From positions 1-64,000 of the forward strand of contig OZ254086.1 in NCBI GenBank assembly GCA_965267575.1: a stretch of 64,000 bases of DNA. The letters are read 5' to 3'. A model generated the notes under the pieces. The model had not been told where the DNA came from, made no database searches, and worked only from the letters and a program-made list of their open reading frames with translations. The DNA comes from Calditrichales bacterium. Lineage in GTDB: Bacteria; Calditrichota; Calditrichia; Calditrichales; J004. The stretch's first letter is position 1. Every line of letters begins with the position of its first letter. A program made the position numbers and the translations under genes. Positions 1-10,332 of this stretch are shown one piece after another.

Positions 1-935
1 TCAATTCCCACATTGGAAATCCTCTTCCATTCACTCACATCTGGAAACCACTCTGGCCTGAGATCATGCATTAATGGTTCTTTAATAAATACCTTCTTTC
101 CTTCGATGGCCGTAATCATAACTTCCTGTTTGGTCAGCGGGATATCGGGTGTTTCCCAATGGCGGCTGCCAATTTTCACATCCTGGTAGTCATATAAATA
201 ATCGATAAGTGATGAATTTTTTCCTTCTTTATTAAACAGGTTTACACGGACAATATCAGCAACCTTAAGCTGCGTCGGATCATCAACCACAAAGTAATGA
301 TCGCCACGCCTTCCGGCCGTTACCCTGGCCAGCACATTTCGTGGTTGATTATATTTTGATAGATATTGCTTTGCCCTTTCTCCGGGATAATTGGTCCAGA
401 TAAAGCCCCCTGTCCAGGCATAAAGCGAAAACGGTTCATTTATCCCGCGCGCCTTTTCAACCTGCCGCTTGTCGTTGATTTCCAGGTACTCTTTAAGCTC
501 TTCAAGAATGCCCGGAACCGGCAACTCATTTAGGGCGAGCGGCATATACAAAACCGTACCGTTCTTTGAATCGTTTCCGGCGCCGCGGACAACCAGGTTG
601 CTCCGTTCAATGAACATAATATCTTTTAGAATAAAACGGCCTTTGGGAAAATATAGAATAGCCGGACCTTCAGTTTTATGCGCTTGTTCCAACGCCGCTA
701 AAATGGCTTTGGTATCATCCTTTTTGTCATTGGCAACTGCTCCGAAATCGCTAACATCAATTATCGTTCCTTTAAAATCAGGAATGGGTTCTTCGCCCCA
801 CTTATAGCCGGCATAGGAAAAGTCGGGGACAAAGTATTTATCATGATAGGTCTCAGATAAAATTTGGGGAGTCCATTGCTGCGCGCTAAGATGTGTAAAA
901 GAAACCACTAATAAAATCAGCAAAAATCGAGGCAT
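1..935 (-). CDS. Secreted beta-helix carbohydrate-active protein (pectate_lyase_3-like N-terminus); 3' end runs off the window
   Basis: Not in ORF track. Manual translation from ATG 935: MPRFLLILLVVSFTHLSAQ (signal peptide)...VPDFSYAGY...IDVSDFGAVANDKKDDTKAILAAL...LYFPKGRF. SD-like AAAGGA upstream. Confidence 0.75.
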   Translation of the reverse strand, partial: MPRFLLILLVVSFTHLSAQQWTPQILSETYHDKYFVPDFSYAGYKWGEEPIPDFKGTIIDVSDFGAVANDKKDDTKAILAALEQAHKTEGPAILYFPKGRFILKDIMFIERSNLVVRGAGNDSKNGTVLYMPLALNELPVPGILEELKEYLEINDKRQVEKARGINEPFSLYAWTGGFIWTNYPGERAKQYLSKYNQPRNVLARVTAGRRGDHYFVVDDPTQLKVADIVRVNLFNKEGKNSSLIDYLYDYQDVKIGSRHWETPDIPLTKQEVMITAIEGKKVFIKEPLMHDLRPEWFPDVSEWKRISNVGI

Positions 936-968
936 ATTTCTATCCTTTCGTTTGGATAACCCGGGCCT

Positions 969-1937
969 CTAAATCCTGCCCAGAATTTTATCCATGAGAT
1001 AACCGGTTTGCGCCGCGCTTGCGCCATTGCTCGGAGATTTTCCGTTGCCCAACAATTCATCTGTGATCGTTTGTATGAGCGGTTGCTGAATGTGCATTGG
1101 ATGCTCAATCACGTGTTCTTTTTGCTTACCGTCCACTTCAATAAAAACAGGACTGTTAGCAAAAACCGCGTAAACTATTTTCCCTTTTGTGCCATTAATT
1201 TCTGTGCGATCAACATTTTCTGAAGCACTGAAAGTCCACTCGCCCGTGGCCAGTATGCCGGATTGAAACTCAAGCAAAGCGCTAACGGTGTCTTCGGCTT
1301 CGTACGTGGCTGCGCGCCTGGTTGAGTTGCCCTGTACCTTTGCAACAGCGTCAAAGTAAAAAATAAATAAATCAAGCATGTGTGACGCCAAGTCGCAGAA
1401 ATAGCCGCAACCGGCAACCTCCGGTTTTACACGCCAATTACCGGGCGCATTGTCTTTCCCTGAAGGTCTCTGCCGTAAGGTTGTATTTACTGTCAGAACA
1501 TCGCCAATTATGCCTTTATCCAACTGCTGCTTGATAAACAAAAAACGCGGAAGGGCACGACGGTAGTACGCAACAAATAAAGGCACCTGTGAATGCTGGC
1601 AAGCTTCGATCATTTCATTACACTCGGCAAAACTCATGGCCATTGGTTTTTCCACGTAAACCGGCTTCCCTACTTTTGCGGCTTTTATGGTGTATTCTTT
1701 GTGGGTGGAAGGCGGGGTTGCCACATATATGGCATTCACATCCGGATCGTTAATCAAGGCATCTGCGTCATCATACCACCTGGCGACATGATGGCGACGC
1801 GCGTAATCTTCAGCCAGGGCAGCATTCCTGCGCATCACGGCGATTAACTCAGAACCACGGGCTTTCTGTAAAGCCGGTCCGCTTTTTACTTCGGTAACAT
1901 CACCGCAACCGATTATGCCCCATTTTACCTTGTCCAC
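969..1937 (-). CDS. Gfo/Idh/MocA family oxidoreductase
   Basis: N-terminal WGIIGCG Rossmann motif, YVATPPSTH, VYVEKPM, DLASH. Confidence 0.9.
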   Translation of the reverse strand: MDKVKWGIIGCGDVTEVKSGPALQKARGSELIAVMRRNAALAEDYARRHHVARWYDDADALINDPDVNAIYVATPPSTHKEYTIKAAKVGKPVYVEKPMAMSFAECNEMIEACQHSQVPLFVAYYRRALPRFLFIKQQLDKGIIGDVLTVNTTLRQRPSGKDNAPGNWRVKPEVAGCGYFCDLASHMLDLFIFYFDAVAKVQGNSTRRAATYEAEDTVSALLEFQSGILATGEWTFSASENVDRTEINGTKGKIVYAVFANSPVFIEVDGKQKEHVIEHPMHIQQPLIQTITDELLGNGKSPSNGASAAQTGYLMDKILGRI

Positions 1938-1952
1938 AGGTACCCGTTTTGT

Positions 1953-2696
1953 TTATTGAATATGTTGTTTACCCGCGGCATACAAAATTCCGCCAATAAT
2001 ATGCTGTGCAAAATGAGGGTCTTTGAAACTCTCTGCGCTATGACCGATAGCCGTATACCAGGATCGGCCACCATCAAATTCATGGTACCAGCTTATGGGA
2101 TGAAAATTTGGGTGCTTTCCACCGCTATAAGTGGCTTCATCAACAGTCATTAAAACGTTTAAACCCGACCAATCGGGATTACGGAAGTTGTACCATTCAT
2201 CTTCGTGGAGCCAACTGTCCGGAAGCTGACTGGTCGATGGGTGGTCATGATCCAATACTTTGATGGTTGCCGGTTGTATCTTTGGGTGCTTATCAAAAAA
2301 GGCGCCCACCAGCTTTCCATACCATGGCCAATCATACTCCGTGGCCGAAGCCGCGTGGATACCGGCATAGCCATGCCCCGATTGGATGAATTGTTTTAAT
2401 GCCGTTTGTTGAAGGCTGTCTAAAATATTGCCGCTTGTATTATAAAAAATAATGGCTTCGTAGCCTGAAAGGTTCTCCCTGGAAATCAGCCCGGCATCGG
2501 ACGTAGAATCCACATGGACATTATGCTGCCGACATAATTCCATGATCGCCGATGAACCTTCCGGGATGGATTGATGGATATATTTCACGGCTTTTGTAAA
2601 TAGCAGAACTTTAACGTTCGATGAGTTTTCCGGACTTACTTGGTTCTGTGCTATGACCTGGCTTACCAAAAAACACAGAATAAAAAGCAATTTCAT
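1953..2696 (-). CDS. Secreted ThuA-like domain protein
   Basis: Signal peptide; VLLFTKA..YIHQSI, GYAGIHAA, DEWYNF, GRSWYTAIGH. Confidence 0.85.
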   Translation of the reverse strand: MKLLFILCFLVSQVIAQNQVSPENSSNVKVLLFTKAVKYIHQSIPEGSSAIMELCRQHNVHVDSTSDAGLISRENLSGYEAIIFYNTSGNILDSLQQTALKQFIQSGHGYAGIHAASATEYDWPWYGKLVGAFFDKHPKIQPATIKVLDHDHPSTSQLPDSWLHEDEWYNFRNPDWSGLNVLMTVDEATYSGGKHPNFHPISWYHEFDGGRSWYTAIGHSAESFKDPHFAQHIIGGILYAAGKQHIQ

Positions 2697-2700
2697 AAGG

Positions 2701-4623
2701 TCACCTGATCAGCACCATCCGTTTGGTCTCACTGACACCTTTAAAGTTTAACCTGTAAAAGTAGATCCCCGATGCAACAGAATATCCTAGATAATTTTGG
2801 CCATTCCATTTGACTCTTTTTAATCCGGCTGCTTGCCAACCTGATAACAAATCTGCGATTTTTCTGCCCGACACATCATAGACGCTTAGTTTTATATCAC
2901 CTGCTTCCGGCAGTTCAAATGCTATCTGCGTAGCCGGGTTGAAAGGATTGGGATAATTCTGGTGCAAGGTAAATATCTTTACCGCTTTGGGCCTTTCCTC
3001 AGCAATCGAAGAGATGCCATCCAACCGCTCCTCCAATTGAGCCAGAAAAAGCGAGCGCGGATTCAAGCCTGACTGGTTTGATCCTTCGATATAACCTTCC
3101 GGTTCGTCAAACTCGGCGTAGGGAAGAACACCGCTAACCTTTGCACCGCTACAACCAATAGCATAATTCTGCGCTGTTGGAGGTTTTTGCACAATCAGGT
3201 AGCCGTCGTTCACATCACAATTCCAGGCAACCGAATGTGCAGCAGACCAGCCGTGACTGGTACCATAATAACCGCGATTATACAATCCCAGTAACCTTTT
3301 ATTATAGCCCTGGCGCGGCCCGTCCAGCTCACGGAAATTATCGTAAAGCATGGCCTGCGTCCAGCGCCGGTGCCCCTCGCTGCTGGCAAAAGCGCCTTCC
3401 GAAGTACAATCCAGGAAAACGATCCCAGACGTCCAGCTGAAGCCGTTGGACATATAATGATGGCGACCATTGCTGGCATGACAGTTTTTAAACAGAATCT
3501 GCTGGGAAGCGGTATAGGCGTTAAAGTTATACATATTGCCACCAACAACCTCCGCTACCGGGTCCAGTGCTTTACAGTTTTCAACGGTCACACGGGTAGC
3601 CGTATTGGTACGAATACCGGAAAGACCGAAATGGAGCATCGTGCAATCGCGTACCCAGGCGTCTTCAATCAGATACAGATCAATAGCGTTCCAGGCATGG
3701 TTTTCGTCCGGGTGGCCCTGGTTGGCAATATCAACTCGCAGGTTTTCTATGCCAATGTTGCGGCGCAGATTATTCTGACTGTAAATATAGATTTCGGCTT
3801 GCGAGAGTTCACGTATTAAATGGTTATAAACAGGCGCACCTACCGTAATGGTATTGCCGTTGATTTCCTTGATGTAGCGGTTATAAACAATGGGGGTGCT
3901 GCCAACACTCCAGGGAACGTCAACGCCTGGTTCAGCCCCACCTTCGTCGGAATGGGTACCGCCGTAGTCTATGCTTTCAAGCCAGGCTTCTGTTGCCTGG
4001 TGGTAAATGATAATATTATCTCCGACTCTATAAACAGAAGCGTCGGTAACGTCAAAAGAGCGGTCTCCTACGCGCACCGTATCGCTGGTAATATTGCGTA
4101 TGGAGCCGGAAACCTTATCCGACCATTTTGTAGATGATCCTCCACCTGCAACAATTACCGTACGCTTGGAGGGTGAGTTTCCGGTCGCATAAATAATGGT
4201 GTTACTGGCGGGATCTTCCCCGTCCCCCGAGCCGCGCAGTACAATGCCGTCAAACTGAACTTTAATGGTACCCGTAACTTCATAAACGCCGGGATTTAGC
4301 AACAATGCACCGCGAAAGCCGTTTTCATCGGGTGACATAAGGCCTACTTCAAACAAAGCGCTTTGGATATGTGACGTATTGTCCCCTTCAACAGGATCGA
4401 TCGTTTTTACAACCGGAACGAATGGAATGCTGTCTTCGCTGTTTTTATATCCGGCGTAGCTAAAATCCGGGATGACATTGCCCGAGTCATCCGCCACATA
4501 TACCAGCTTACCGTCTTCGCCCGGATAAACGATTTGCGACGTCCAGGATTCCTGTCCCATTACAGCAGCAGCCGCAAAAAGAAGAAGAAAAGCAATCGAA
4601 CTAAATGTCATTTTATCATTCAT
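2701..4623 (-). CDS. Secreted beta-helix protein with C-terminal YPNPFN sorting domain
   Basis: Signal peptide; IPDFSYAGY, IVLRGSG; C-terminal LHQNYPNPFNP...ASGIYFYRL...KRMVLIR. Confidence 0.8.
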   Translation of the reverse strand: MNDKMTFSSIAFLLLFAAAAVMGQESWTSQIVYPGEDGKLVYVADDSGNVIPDFSYAGYKNSEDSIPFVPVVKTIDPVEGDNTSHIQSALFEVGLMSPDENGFRGALLLNPGVYEVTGTIKVQFDGIVLRGSGDGEDPASNTIIYATGNSPSKRTVIVAGGGSSTKWSDKVSGSIRNITSDTVRVGDRSFDVTDASVYRVGDNIIIYHQATEAWLESIDYGGTHSDEGGAEPGVDVPWSVGSTPIVYNRYIKEINGNTITVGAPVYNHLIRELSQAEIYIYSQNNLRRNIGIENLRVDIANQGHPDENHAWNAIDLYLIEDAWVRDCTMLHFGLSGIRTNTATRVTVENCKALDPVAEVVGGNMYNFNAYTASQQILFKNCHASNGRHHYMSNGFSWTSGIVFLDCTSEGAFASSEGHRRWTQAMLYDNFRELDGPRQGYNKRLLGLYNRGYYGTSHGWSAAHSVAWNCDVNDGYLIVQKPPTAQNYAIGCSGAKVSGVLPYAEFDEPEGYIEGSNQSGLNPRSLFLAQLEERLDGISSIAEERPKAVKIFTLHQNYPNPFNPATQIAFELPEAGDIKLSVYDVSGRKIADLLSGWQAAGLKRVKWNGQNYLGYSVASGIYFYRLNFKGVSETKRMVLIR

Positions 4624-7340
4624 CGTATCAAAACCATCTTTCTGCTTTGGGAAAAGCCGTTCGCGGTAACGCGCAGAATATACAATCCTGACGGCATCTG
4701 TCCCGCATCCCAGCGCAACCTGTGTTCTCCGGCAGATATTAAACCGGGTGCGTCACGGAATATTCTACGACCGTTCACGTCAAATATTTCCAGCACAACA
4801 AAGCTGGCCCGCTCCAGGCTAAATTCGATAACGGCCGTTGCGTTAAAAGGATTGGGATAGGTGTCATAAAGCCGAAAAGCAAAGGGATGCCCGGCTTTGG
4901 CCTGACTATCCAATGCATTTGTCTCGTCACTCCAGCGCAGATCGCCCATGGCTTTACCATCATTGGCCATGCCACGCACCGGCGAGTCTTCGTCCAGAGT
5001 AAAATCGTTTACAAACGGATCGCGGAATTCAGGATCCACGCCTAACATGCCGTTGCCAATTTTGGCATCCCGGCTCAACAGTATATCTCCGACACTGAAC
5101 GTATCGGTATAGGAAATCGAAGCTATCACGCCATCCAATTGCAAAGCTACCGGAGCTTCGCTAAAACTGATTATGCTGTTTGTAATCTGCGTATCATCCA
5201 CATCATCTGCGTTTATGACGGCGTTGCCCTCGTAGGAGCAGTTGTAAAAAGTGCTATGGTTAATCCGTATTCTCGGTCCCGGCGTGAAAGGTATTTCATC
5301 GCCACCGTAAATGTGGATTGCCTCCAGCCTGGTGTTCCACATTGTGCAATTTTCCATTTCAAAAACGCCCACATTGTAAAGCCCGCTGCCGCCGGCCTCT
5401 TCATAAAGGCGTATACCTTCTTTGCCCGAATTCCAGAACAGACTGCGTTTAAAAACAATACTGTCTGCAAATGTACCGGCATACGCACGGAAAAAATTGC
5501 CATCGTTGCCGATTGCCACGTCGTGGAGGTCGCAATCTTCCACAAAAAGGCTGTAGCTTTTGGACATGGGGTCGTCATCACTGCGGATGAGATATTTTGC
5601 AGGTGTGTCGCTGCCGGCCATGCCGTCGAGATCAAGTCCCTGAAGACGCAGCGTCGCGCCATCGCGCATTTCAAACAAAATTCTCGTTGAAGAATCTCCG
5701 GTATGGCGAATAACCGGTTTGCTTTGCAAATCTTCAGCGGCACGTATTGTTATATTTTTAGTTACCGTCAAATTCGCTGTATTCTCATAAACGCCACCGT
5801 CACTTACCAGCTCTATCACATAACCGTCATCCGCTTCCTGGATAGCATTTAACAGAGAATCAACACCCTGCTGTACTTGAATTACGATTTGCGTCTCTTC
5901 CGGCGGATACCAGGAAGGACCCGTTTCTTCAGGACCTATGGGAAAACGCAAAACCGGTGTGTCGGCAACCTGGTCCGCTCCGCTGTCATAGTTTCCCGTT
6001 CTTCCCTGGCCGTCCATGTCATCATTAATAAAGCTGTAATCACCCTGTGCAAAACCCATAACCGGGCTTTGTGCCGCCGGGCGGAAAAGCCCATCTTCAG
6101 CCAGGCTCAACATCGGATCGATTTCAGAAATACCGCCGGGATTATCAATGCCCAATCCCGAGCCATACATGATGTTGCCTTCATAAAACATGTTTATGGG
6201 GTCATCTTCATATTCGACCATGAAATTGGTATTATCCATAGAGACCACATTGTTGGCTATAATGCAGTTTTCCGGTGGCAGCGTTTTTTCGGAGTCAGCG
6301 CCCAAACCGATATCAAAGGGCGATTTACAGTTTACGATCGTATTGAACAGGACGCGCGCGTTTGTCACCTGGAAATAGCGGTTCAGTGGCGAATTGGGCA
6401 CACCATTCATCATGCCTATGGCCGAACGGTAGCCGTCCCCGTTCAGATCCTGGAAGTAGTTATTGTAAACCGTATGGTCTTCCCCGATAATGCGCACACC
6501 TCCGGTGTTCGATTTCTTATTGCCAAAAAAGAAATTACCGTATACCTCGCAGCGGTTTCCGTGGCGTAACGTCAAAGCACCTTCATTTTCTACAAAAGTG
6601 TTGTAACGGTAAATGTTCTCGCAGGATTTATTGGAAATTATTTCAATCTCGCCATTACACTGTTCAAAATAATTGTATTCCACGATCGTACGTGAATTAT
6701 CCAATGACCATTCACTTGTCCCAATACGAATCGTTTCGCCGCCATTAACGCCCAGTTCCGGGCGATAAGCAAAATAGTTGTGGTCTATAAGGTGCGAATC
6801 CGGCAGCGCGTTTTTCCAGACAACAAGTGTAGTGCCGTTGTGGTTTTTGCCGCGTAAATAACAATGGTCCACGCGGTTATTCTGGCCGTACAGAGAGACC
6901 CATTTGTAATCAATAGATTTTGACGAAGGATTGTAATTTACGATGGCGCTGTTGGTAAGGCGGGAGTTAAAAGCATGAGCAGATCCGTCGCGGAATTCCA
7001 CTACCGCTCCACTTGGGCTTTCGCCATTTATAAAGTAAAGGCCGTCCACAACCAGGTAAGAGCCACTGATGCGCAGATTGGATTTACCGGTAAGTTTAAC
7101 CTTGCCGGGCGTTTGTGCGCGTAGCAGGACAGGTTGATCGGCTGTTCCGTTTGCCTTAAACATGATGCGCTGATCGGTCCAGATGCCATCTGTCATGGTA
7201 AGCGTATCACCGGGAGCTATGTTATTTAGCGCGGAAGCAATATCCGAAGCACTGGACACATAAATTTCAGCGGCACTCAGGCGGCCTGCCGCAAATATCA
7301 TGCAGAATATGATCGATCTAATTTTCCAATTCAGTTTCAT
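4620..7340 (-). CDS. PL6 alginate lyase (chondroitinase-B fold) plus a second beta-helix module and sorting domain
   Basis: NGGETIRIGTS, EIEIISNKS and GALTLRHGN (PL6 catalytic K/R). Start moved to ATG 7340 (MKLNWKI) because the upstream extension overlaps a terminator. Ends GDLRW...YPNPFN. Confidence 0.88.
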   Translation of the reverse strand: MKLNWKIRSIIFCMIFAAGRLSAAEIYVSSASDIASALNNIAPGDTLTMTDGIWTDQRIMFKANGTADQPVLLRAQTPGKVKLTGKSNLRISGSYLVVDGLYFINGESPSGAVVEFRDGSAHAFNSRLTNSAIVNYNPSSKSIDYKWVSLYGQNNRVDHCYLRGKNHNGTTLVVWKNALPDSHLIDHNYFAYRPELGVNGGETIRIGTSEWSLDNSRTIVEYNYFEQCNGEIEIISNKSCENIYRYNTFVENEGALTLRHGNRCEVYGNFFFGNKKSNTGGVRIIGEDHTVYNNYFQDLNGDGYRSAIGMMNGVPNSPLNRYFQVTNARVLFNTIVNCKSPFDIGLGADSEKTLPPENCIIANNVVSMDNTNFMVEYEDDPINMFYEGNIMYGSGLGIDNPGGISEIDPMLSLAEDGLFRPAAQSPVMGFAQGDYSFINDDMDGQGRTGNYDSGADQVADTPVLRFPIGPEETGPSWYPPEETQIVIQVQQGVDSLLNAIQEADDGYVIELVSDGGVYENTANLTVTKNITIRAAEDLQSKPVIRHTGDSSTRILFEMRDGATLRLQGLDLDGMAGSDTPAKYLIRSDDDPMSKSYSLFVEDCDLHDVAIGNDGNFFRAYAGTFADSIVFKRSLFWNSGKEGIRLYEEAGGSGLYNVGVFEMENCTMWNTRLEAIHIYGGDEIPFTPGPRIRINHSTFYNCSYEGNAVINADDVDDTQITNSIISFSEAPVALQLDGVIASISYTDTFSVGDILLSRDAKIGNGMLGVDPEFRDPFVNDFTLDEDSPVRGMANDGKAMGDLRWSDETNALDSQAKAGHPFAFRLYDTYPNPFNATAVIEFSLERASFVVLEIFDVNGRRIFRDAPGLISAGEHRLRWDAGQMPSGLYILRVTANGFSQSRKMVLIR

Positions 7341-7351
7341 AACAATCCTGT

Positions 7352-7388
7352 AAAAAAAGAAACCGGGCAGAAAAATCCGCCCGGCTTC
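7352..7388 (-). terminator. Rho-independent terminator or stabilising hairpin after the 7396 gene
   Basis: Minus strand GAAGCCGGGCGGA-TTTT-TCTGCCCGGTTTC followed by T7. Confidence 0.75.
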
Positions 7389-7395
7389 GGCCATC

Positions 7396-8796
7396 TTACT
7401 TGATTAAAGTCATCTTCCTGATGTCGGTGTGCCCGCCGGCTCGCAACATGTAGAAATAGATGCCACTGGCAAGCTGTTGTTGCGGATGCCACTTTACAGA
7501 GTGCGGCCCTGCCACCTGGTTGCCATCTACAAGAGTTGCCACCTTTTTGCCGCTGATGTCAAAAACGGTTAAGGTTACCTTGCCTGTCGTGGGCAGATTG
7601 TATTTGATTGTCGTTTCCGGGTTAAAAGGATTGGGATAGTTTTGGTCCAGCGTAAATTGTTTTACTATCACCGGTTTTTCATCGCCGATTGAACTGGGCG
7701 GGTTGGTGGCCCAGCGCAGGTCGCCCAGTGCGACGCCCTCATACCCTTTACCATAGGCAGGCGAACCATCAACGAGCGTGAAGTTCATATTTTCAGGATC
7801 AGCAAACATGGGATCAAAACCATAGATCGTAGTTGTATCAATGTCCGCTCCCTTTGTGGTGCGAATGGCTTCTTCACGCCGCGTAATGGGATCAAATACG
7901 AGATTGAAGGTATCGATATGGCTCGCAAAGCTACCTGTCTGCTGAATTTCGATCACGTAATCGGAACGGTCGCCGCGTCCATCCAGGCGTGCATTGGCAA
8001 CGATAAAATTTCTAAGGATCGTATTCTGGTTATTTTTGATATAAACCGTACGGACAGCTGAATTGTTAACCGTAATATTCTCCAGCAACACATAAGCGTC
8101 TGTTGTATTCGTATCTGTGTCCGCGTAAAAGCGGATGCTTTCATTGTCAATATTCACAAATGTACAGTTTTGTACGACCAGCGTATCGAGACAACGATCT
8201 ATCGTGTATTTTTCCGTTTCCGTCATGCGGATTGCCTCATAGCCGATGTTCATAAAAGTGCTGTTTGTAACCTTTACGGTTCCCGCGTCGACACCTTTTA
8301 AGAAATAGATTCCATGGCCATCTTCGGAAAGATCTTTATCGCGAAATATATCTTTAAAAACGCAATCATCTACAATCACATTAAGGCCTTCCTTGGGCAA
8401 ATATCCGTCTTCGCCTTCTCCTATGCGTATGGCGTATTTCATTCCATGGCTCATAGCATGTCCACCATCAAACACCACGCCCTTTATGGTCAGGTCGTCC
8501 ATAACGCGGAAAATTTCCAAAACGCCGGAATCCGCGGCGCTGTGAGTCAGGATCGGCCGTTCAGCCAGATCATCCGCCGCAATAATGGTCATTGGTGATT
8601 TGATCGCGAAATAGACAGTATCCGTAGTCGTGTAGACGCCCCCGCTGGTCGTAAGCAGCAGCGTATCAATTTTGTTGTTGTTTGCAAAATCAATGGCAAG
8701 CTGAAAATCGAACTGATCGGTCACCTCGATCTTGCTCGCCGATAAAGTGCCGGCCCAAATCAATAAACCGGCAAAGACAGTAATAAAAAAGCGCAT
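7396..8796 (-). CDS. Secreted beta-helix (DUF5123-like, GDLRW-ending) protein with sorting domain
   Basis: Start ATG 8796 (MRFFITV) with GGGAGG SD; module closely similar to module 3 of the 22286-26548 protein; QNYPNPFNP C-terminus. Confidence 0.75.
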   Translation of the reverse strand: MRFFITVFAGLLIWAGTLSASKIEVTDQFDFQLAIDFANNNKIDTLLLTTSGGVYTTTDTVYFAIKSPMTIIAADDLAERPILTHSAADSGVLEIFRVMDDLTIKGVVFDGGHAMSHGMKYAIRIGEGEDGYLPKEGLNVIVDDCVFKDIFRDKDLSEDGHGIYFLKGVDAGTVKVTNSTFMNIGYEAIRMTETEKYTIDRCLDTLVVQNCTFVNIDNESIRFYADTDTNTTDAYVLLENITVNNSAVRTVYIKNNQNTILRNFIVANARLDGRGDRSDYVIEIQQTGSFASHIDTFNLVFDPITRREEAIRTTKGADIDTTTIYGFDPMFADPENMNFTLVDGSPAYGKGYEGVALGDLRWATNPPSSIGDEKPVIVKQFTLDQNYPNPFNPETTIKYNLPTTGKVTLTVFDISGKKVATLVDGNQVAGPHSVKWHPQQQLASGIYFYMLRAGGHTDIRKMTLIK

Positions 8797-8812
8797 AAGG
8801 CCCTCCCTACGT

Positions 8813-10312
8813 TTATAACTGGTAAGTGTATCCAAACATGAATCTGTTTAGTTTTTCCAAAGCATAGTTTGTATTACTGAAATATTGGTCGTAATAACGC
8901 AGCGTCGTTAGCTGCCAGGCAGCGTCAACACGGCCAAAGGTTCCAAGTTTAATTCCGGCACCCAGGCTGTAGCTTTCCGCCAGCGGACCTTTGTCATCAA
9001 GGGCTGAGCCGTCCGGCACAAAGGTCTGTGGCTCACTGCGATAACCCACCATAAGCTCAAGGAAATCGGCTGGCATTAACAGAGCGCCCACACGGAAGGT
9101 ATGCTGATCCACCCATTCAGAATACTGGCCGGCCCGCGCCATCTTAAACGTGGCCTGGCTGTATGGCGCATATTCGTAATCAAGGGAAAACAGGAAAAAG
9201 TCAGTCGGCTCAAAGGTGGCCCCAAACCGGTAGATCCAGGGCAGCTCAAATTCATCTTTACCGGAAGAGGTCGTCGTTGTGGTTCCGAGCGTATCTGTAA
9301 CGCGCGTCTCGTAAGTCCAGTCCCGCGTGAGCGTGTATGGCGCCCGGATATTTACACCCAAAGTGAAGCTGTTAAACTTATAGAGGAAACCGAAATTGAG
9401 CTTCAGGGCAGAGTATTCAGATGTGCCCCGCACGCGGGTATTAAGCGTGTCATAAGAAAAGAAAAATTCGTTCTCGTCAAACAATCCGAAATAGCCTACT
9501 TTGTCCAGGAATTGAATATCTTTTGACTCACCCGTGAGGTATTCAAACCCGAGTCCCAATTCCAGATCTTCGTTGAATTGATAAGCGAGACCACCCATCA
9601 TGCTTTGCGTGTCACCGCTGCGCTGACGCAAAAAACGGTACCAATCCATATTAATAGTGTCCTGTCCGTTAACAGGCTCTATAAATCCATCATAACCGCT
9701 GTAACCGATATGAGGAGAGAGGTAGGTATCGTTTCGATCAAAATCAATCACATCATAGCTACGTGCGTAGGCAGCTGCCACTACCAGTTTTTGTCCTGCT
9801 ACATTCAGCGGGTAAGCAACGGCAAAATTATTAAGCGCAAAGTCGTTCGTTTTTTCGATCCAGTCGGCCGCGTCTTCACTATACGGGTCTTTGCTCATTT
9901 GAGGCTGATCGACGGTATAAGACGAGTCTTCCGCCAGGATGTAATCCCACTCACCGTTGTTGGCCGGATCCGGTACATATAGGCCTTCGAGATAGAACGG
10001 CATGGTAAGGAAAAACCTGTTGGGCTTGTAGCGCTGGCTCTCCTGCCACTGCTTGTCATAGCTGTTAGCCGCAATGGTGAAAGTAAGTTTCTCTAAAGAA
10101 GCCAGGCCGGCGGGATTATAAAACAGGCTGCTTAGGTCATTTTCCATGGCCGTATAGGCGCCACCCATGGCCAGGGCCTTAACCCCGCTCAAGGCCGGCT
10201 CATTAAAACCCTGAAATGCCAGATCGTCTCCACGATGCTGCGCTATTGCCAGGCAAACCAGCACCAGGGTAAAAAGTGAGATCGTTTTTGAATAGAGTGT
10301 TAAAAGACGCAT
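8813..10312 (-). CDS. Outer-membrane beta-barrel, FadL/PorV-like superfamily
   Basis: ALAMGGAYTA...LFYNPAGLA motif; C-terminal FMFGYTYQL barrel signature; likely start ATG 10312 (MRLLTLY). Confidence 0.75.
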   Translation of the reverse strand: MRLLTLYSKTISLFTLVLVCLAIAQHRGDDLAFQGFNEPALSGVKALAMGGAYTAMENDLSSLFYNPAGLASLEKLTFTIAANSYDKQWQESQRYKPNRFFLTMPFYLEGLYVPDPANNGEWDYILAEDSSYTVDQPQMSKDPYSEDAADWIEKTNDFALNNFAVAYPLNVAGQKLVVAAAYARSYDVIDFDRNDTYLSPHIGYSGYDGFIEPVNGQDTINMDWYRFLRQRSGDTQSMMGGLAYQFNEDLELGLGFEYLTGESKDIQFLDKVGYFGLFDENEFFFSYDTLNTRVRGTSEYSALKLNFGFLYKFNSFTLGVNIRAPYTLTRDWTYETRVTDTLGTTTTTSSGKDEFELPWIYRFGATFEPTDFFLFSLDYEYAPYSQATFKMARAGQYSEWVDQHTFRVGALLMPADFLELMVGYRSEPQTFVPDGSALDDKGPLAESYSLGAGIKLGTFGRVDAAWQLTTLRYYDQYFSNTNYALEKLNRFMFGYTYQL

Positions 10313-10332
10313 TTCAAAATACTCCCGAGCTT

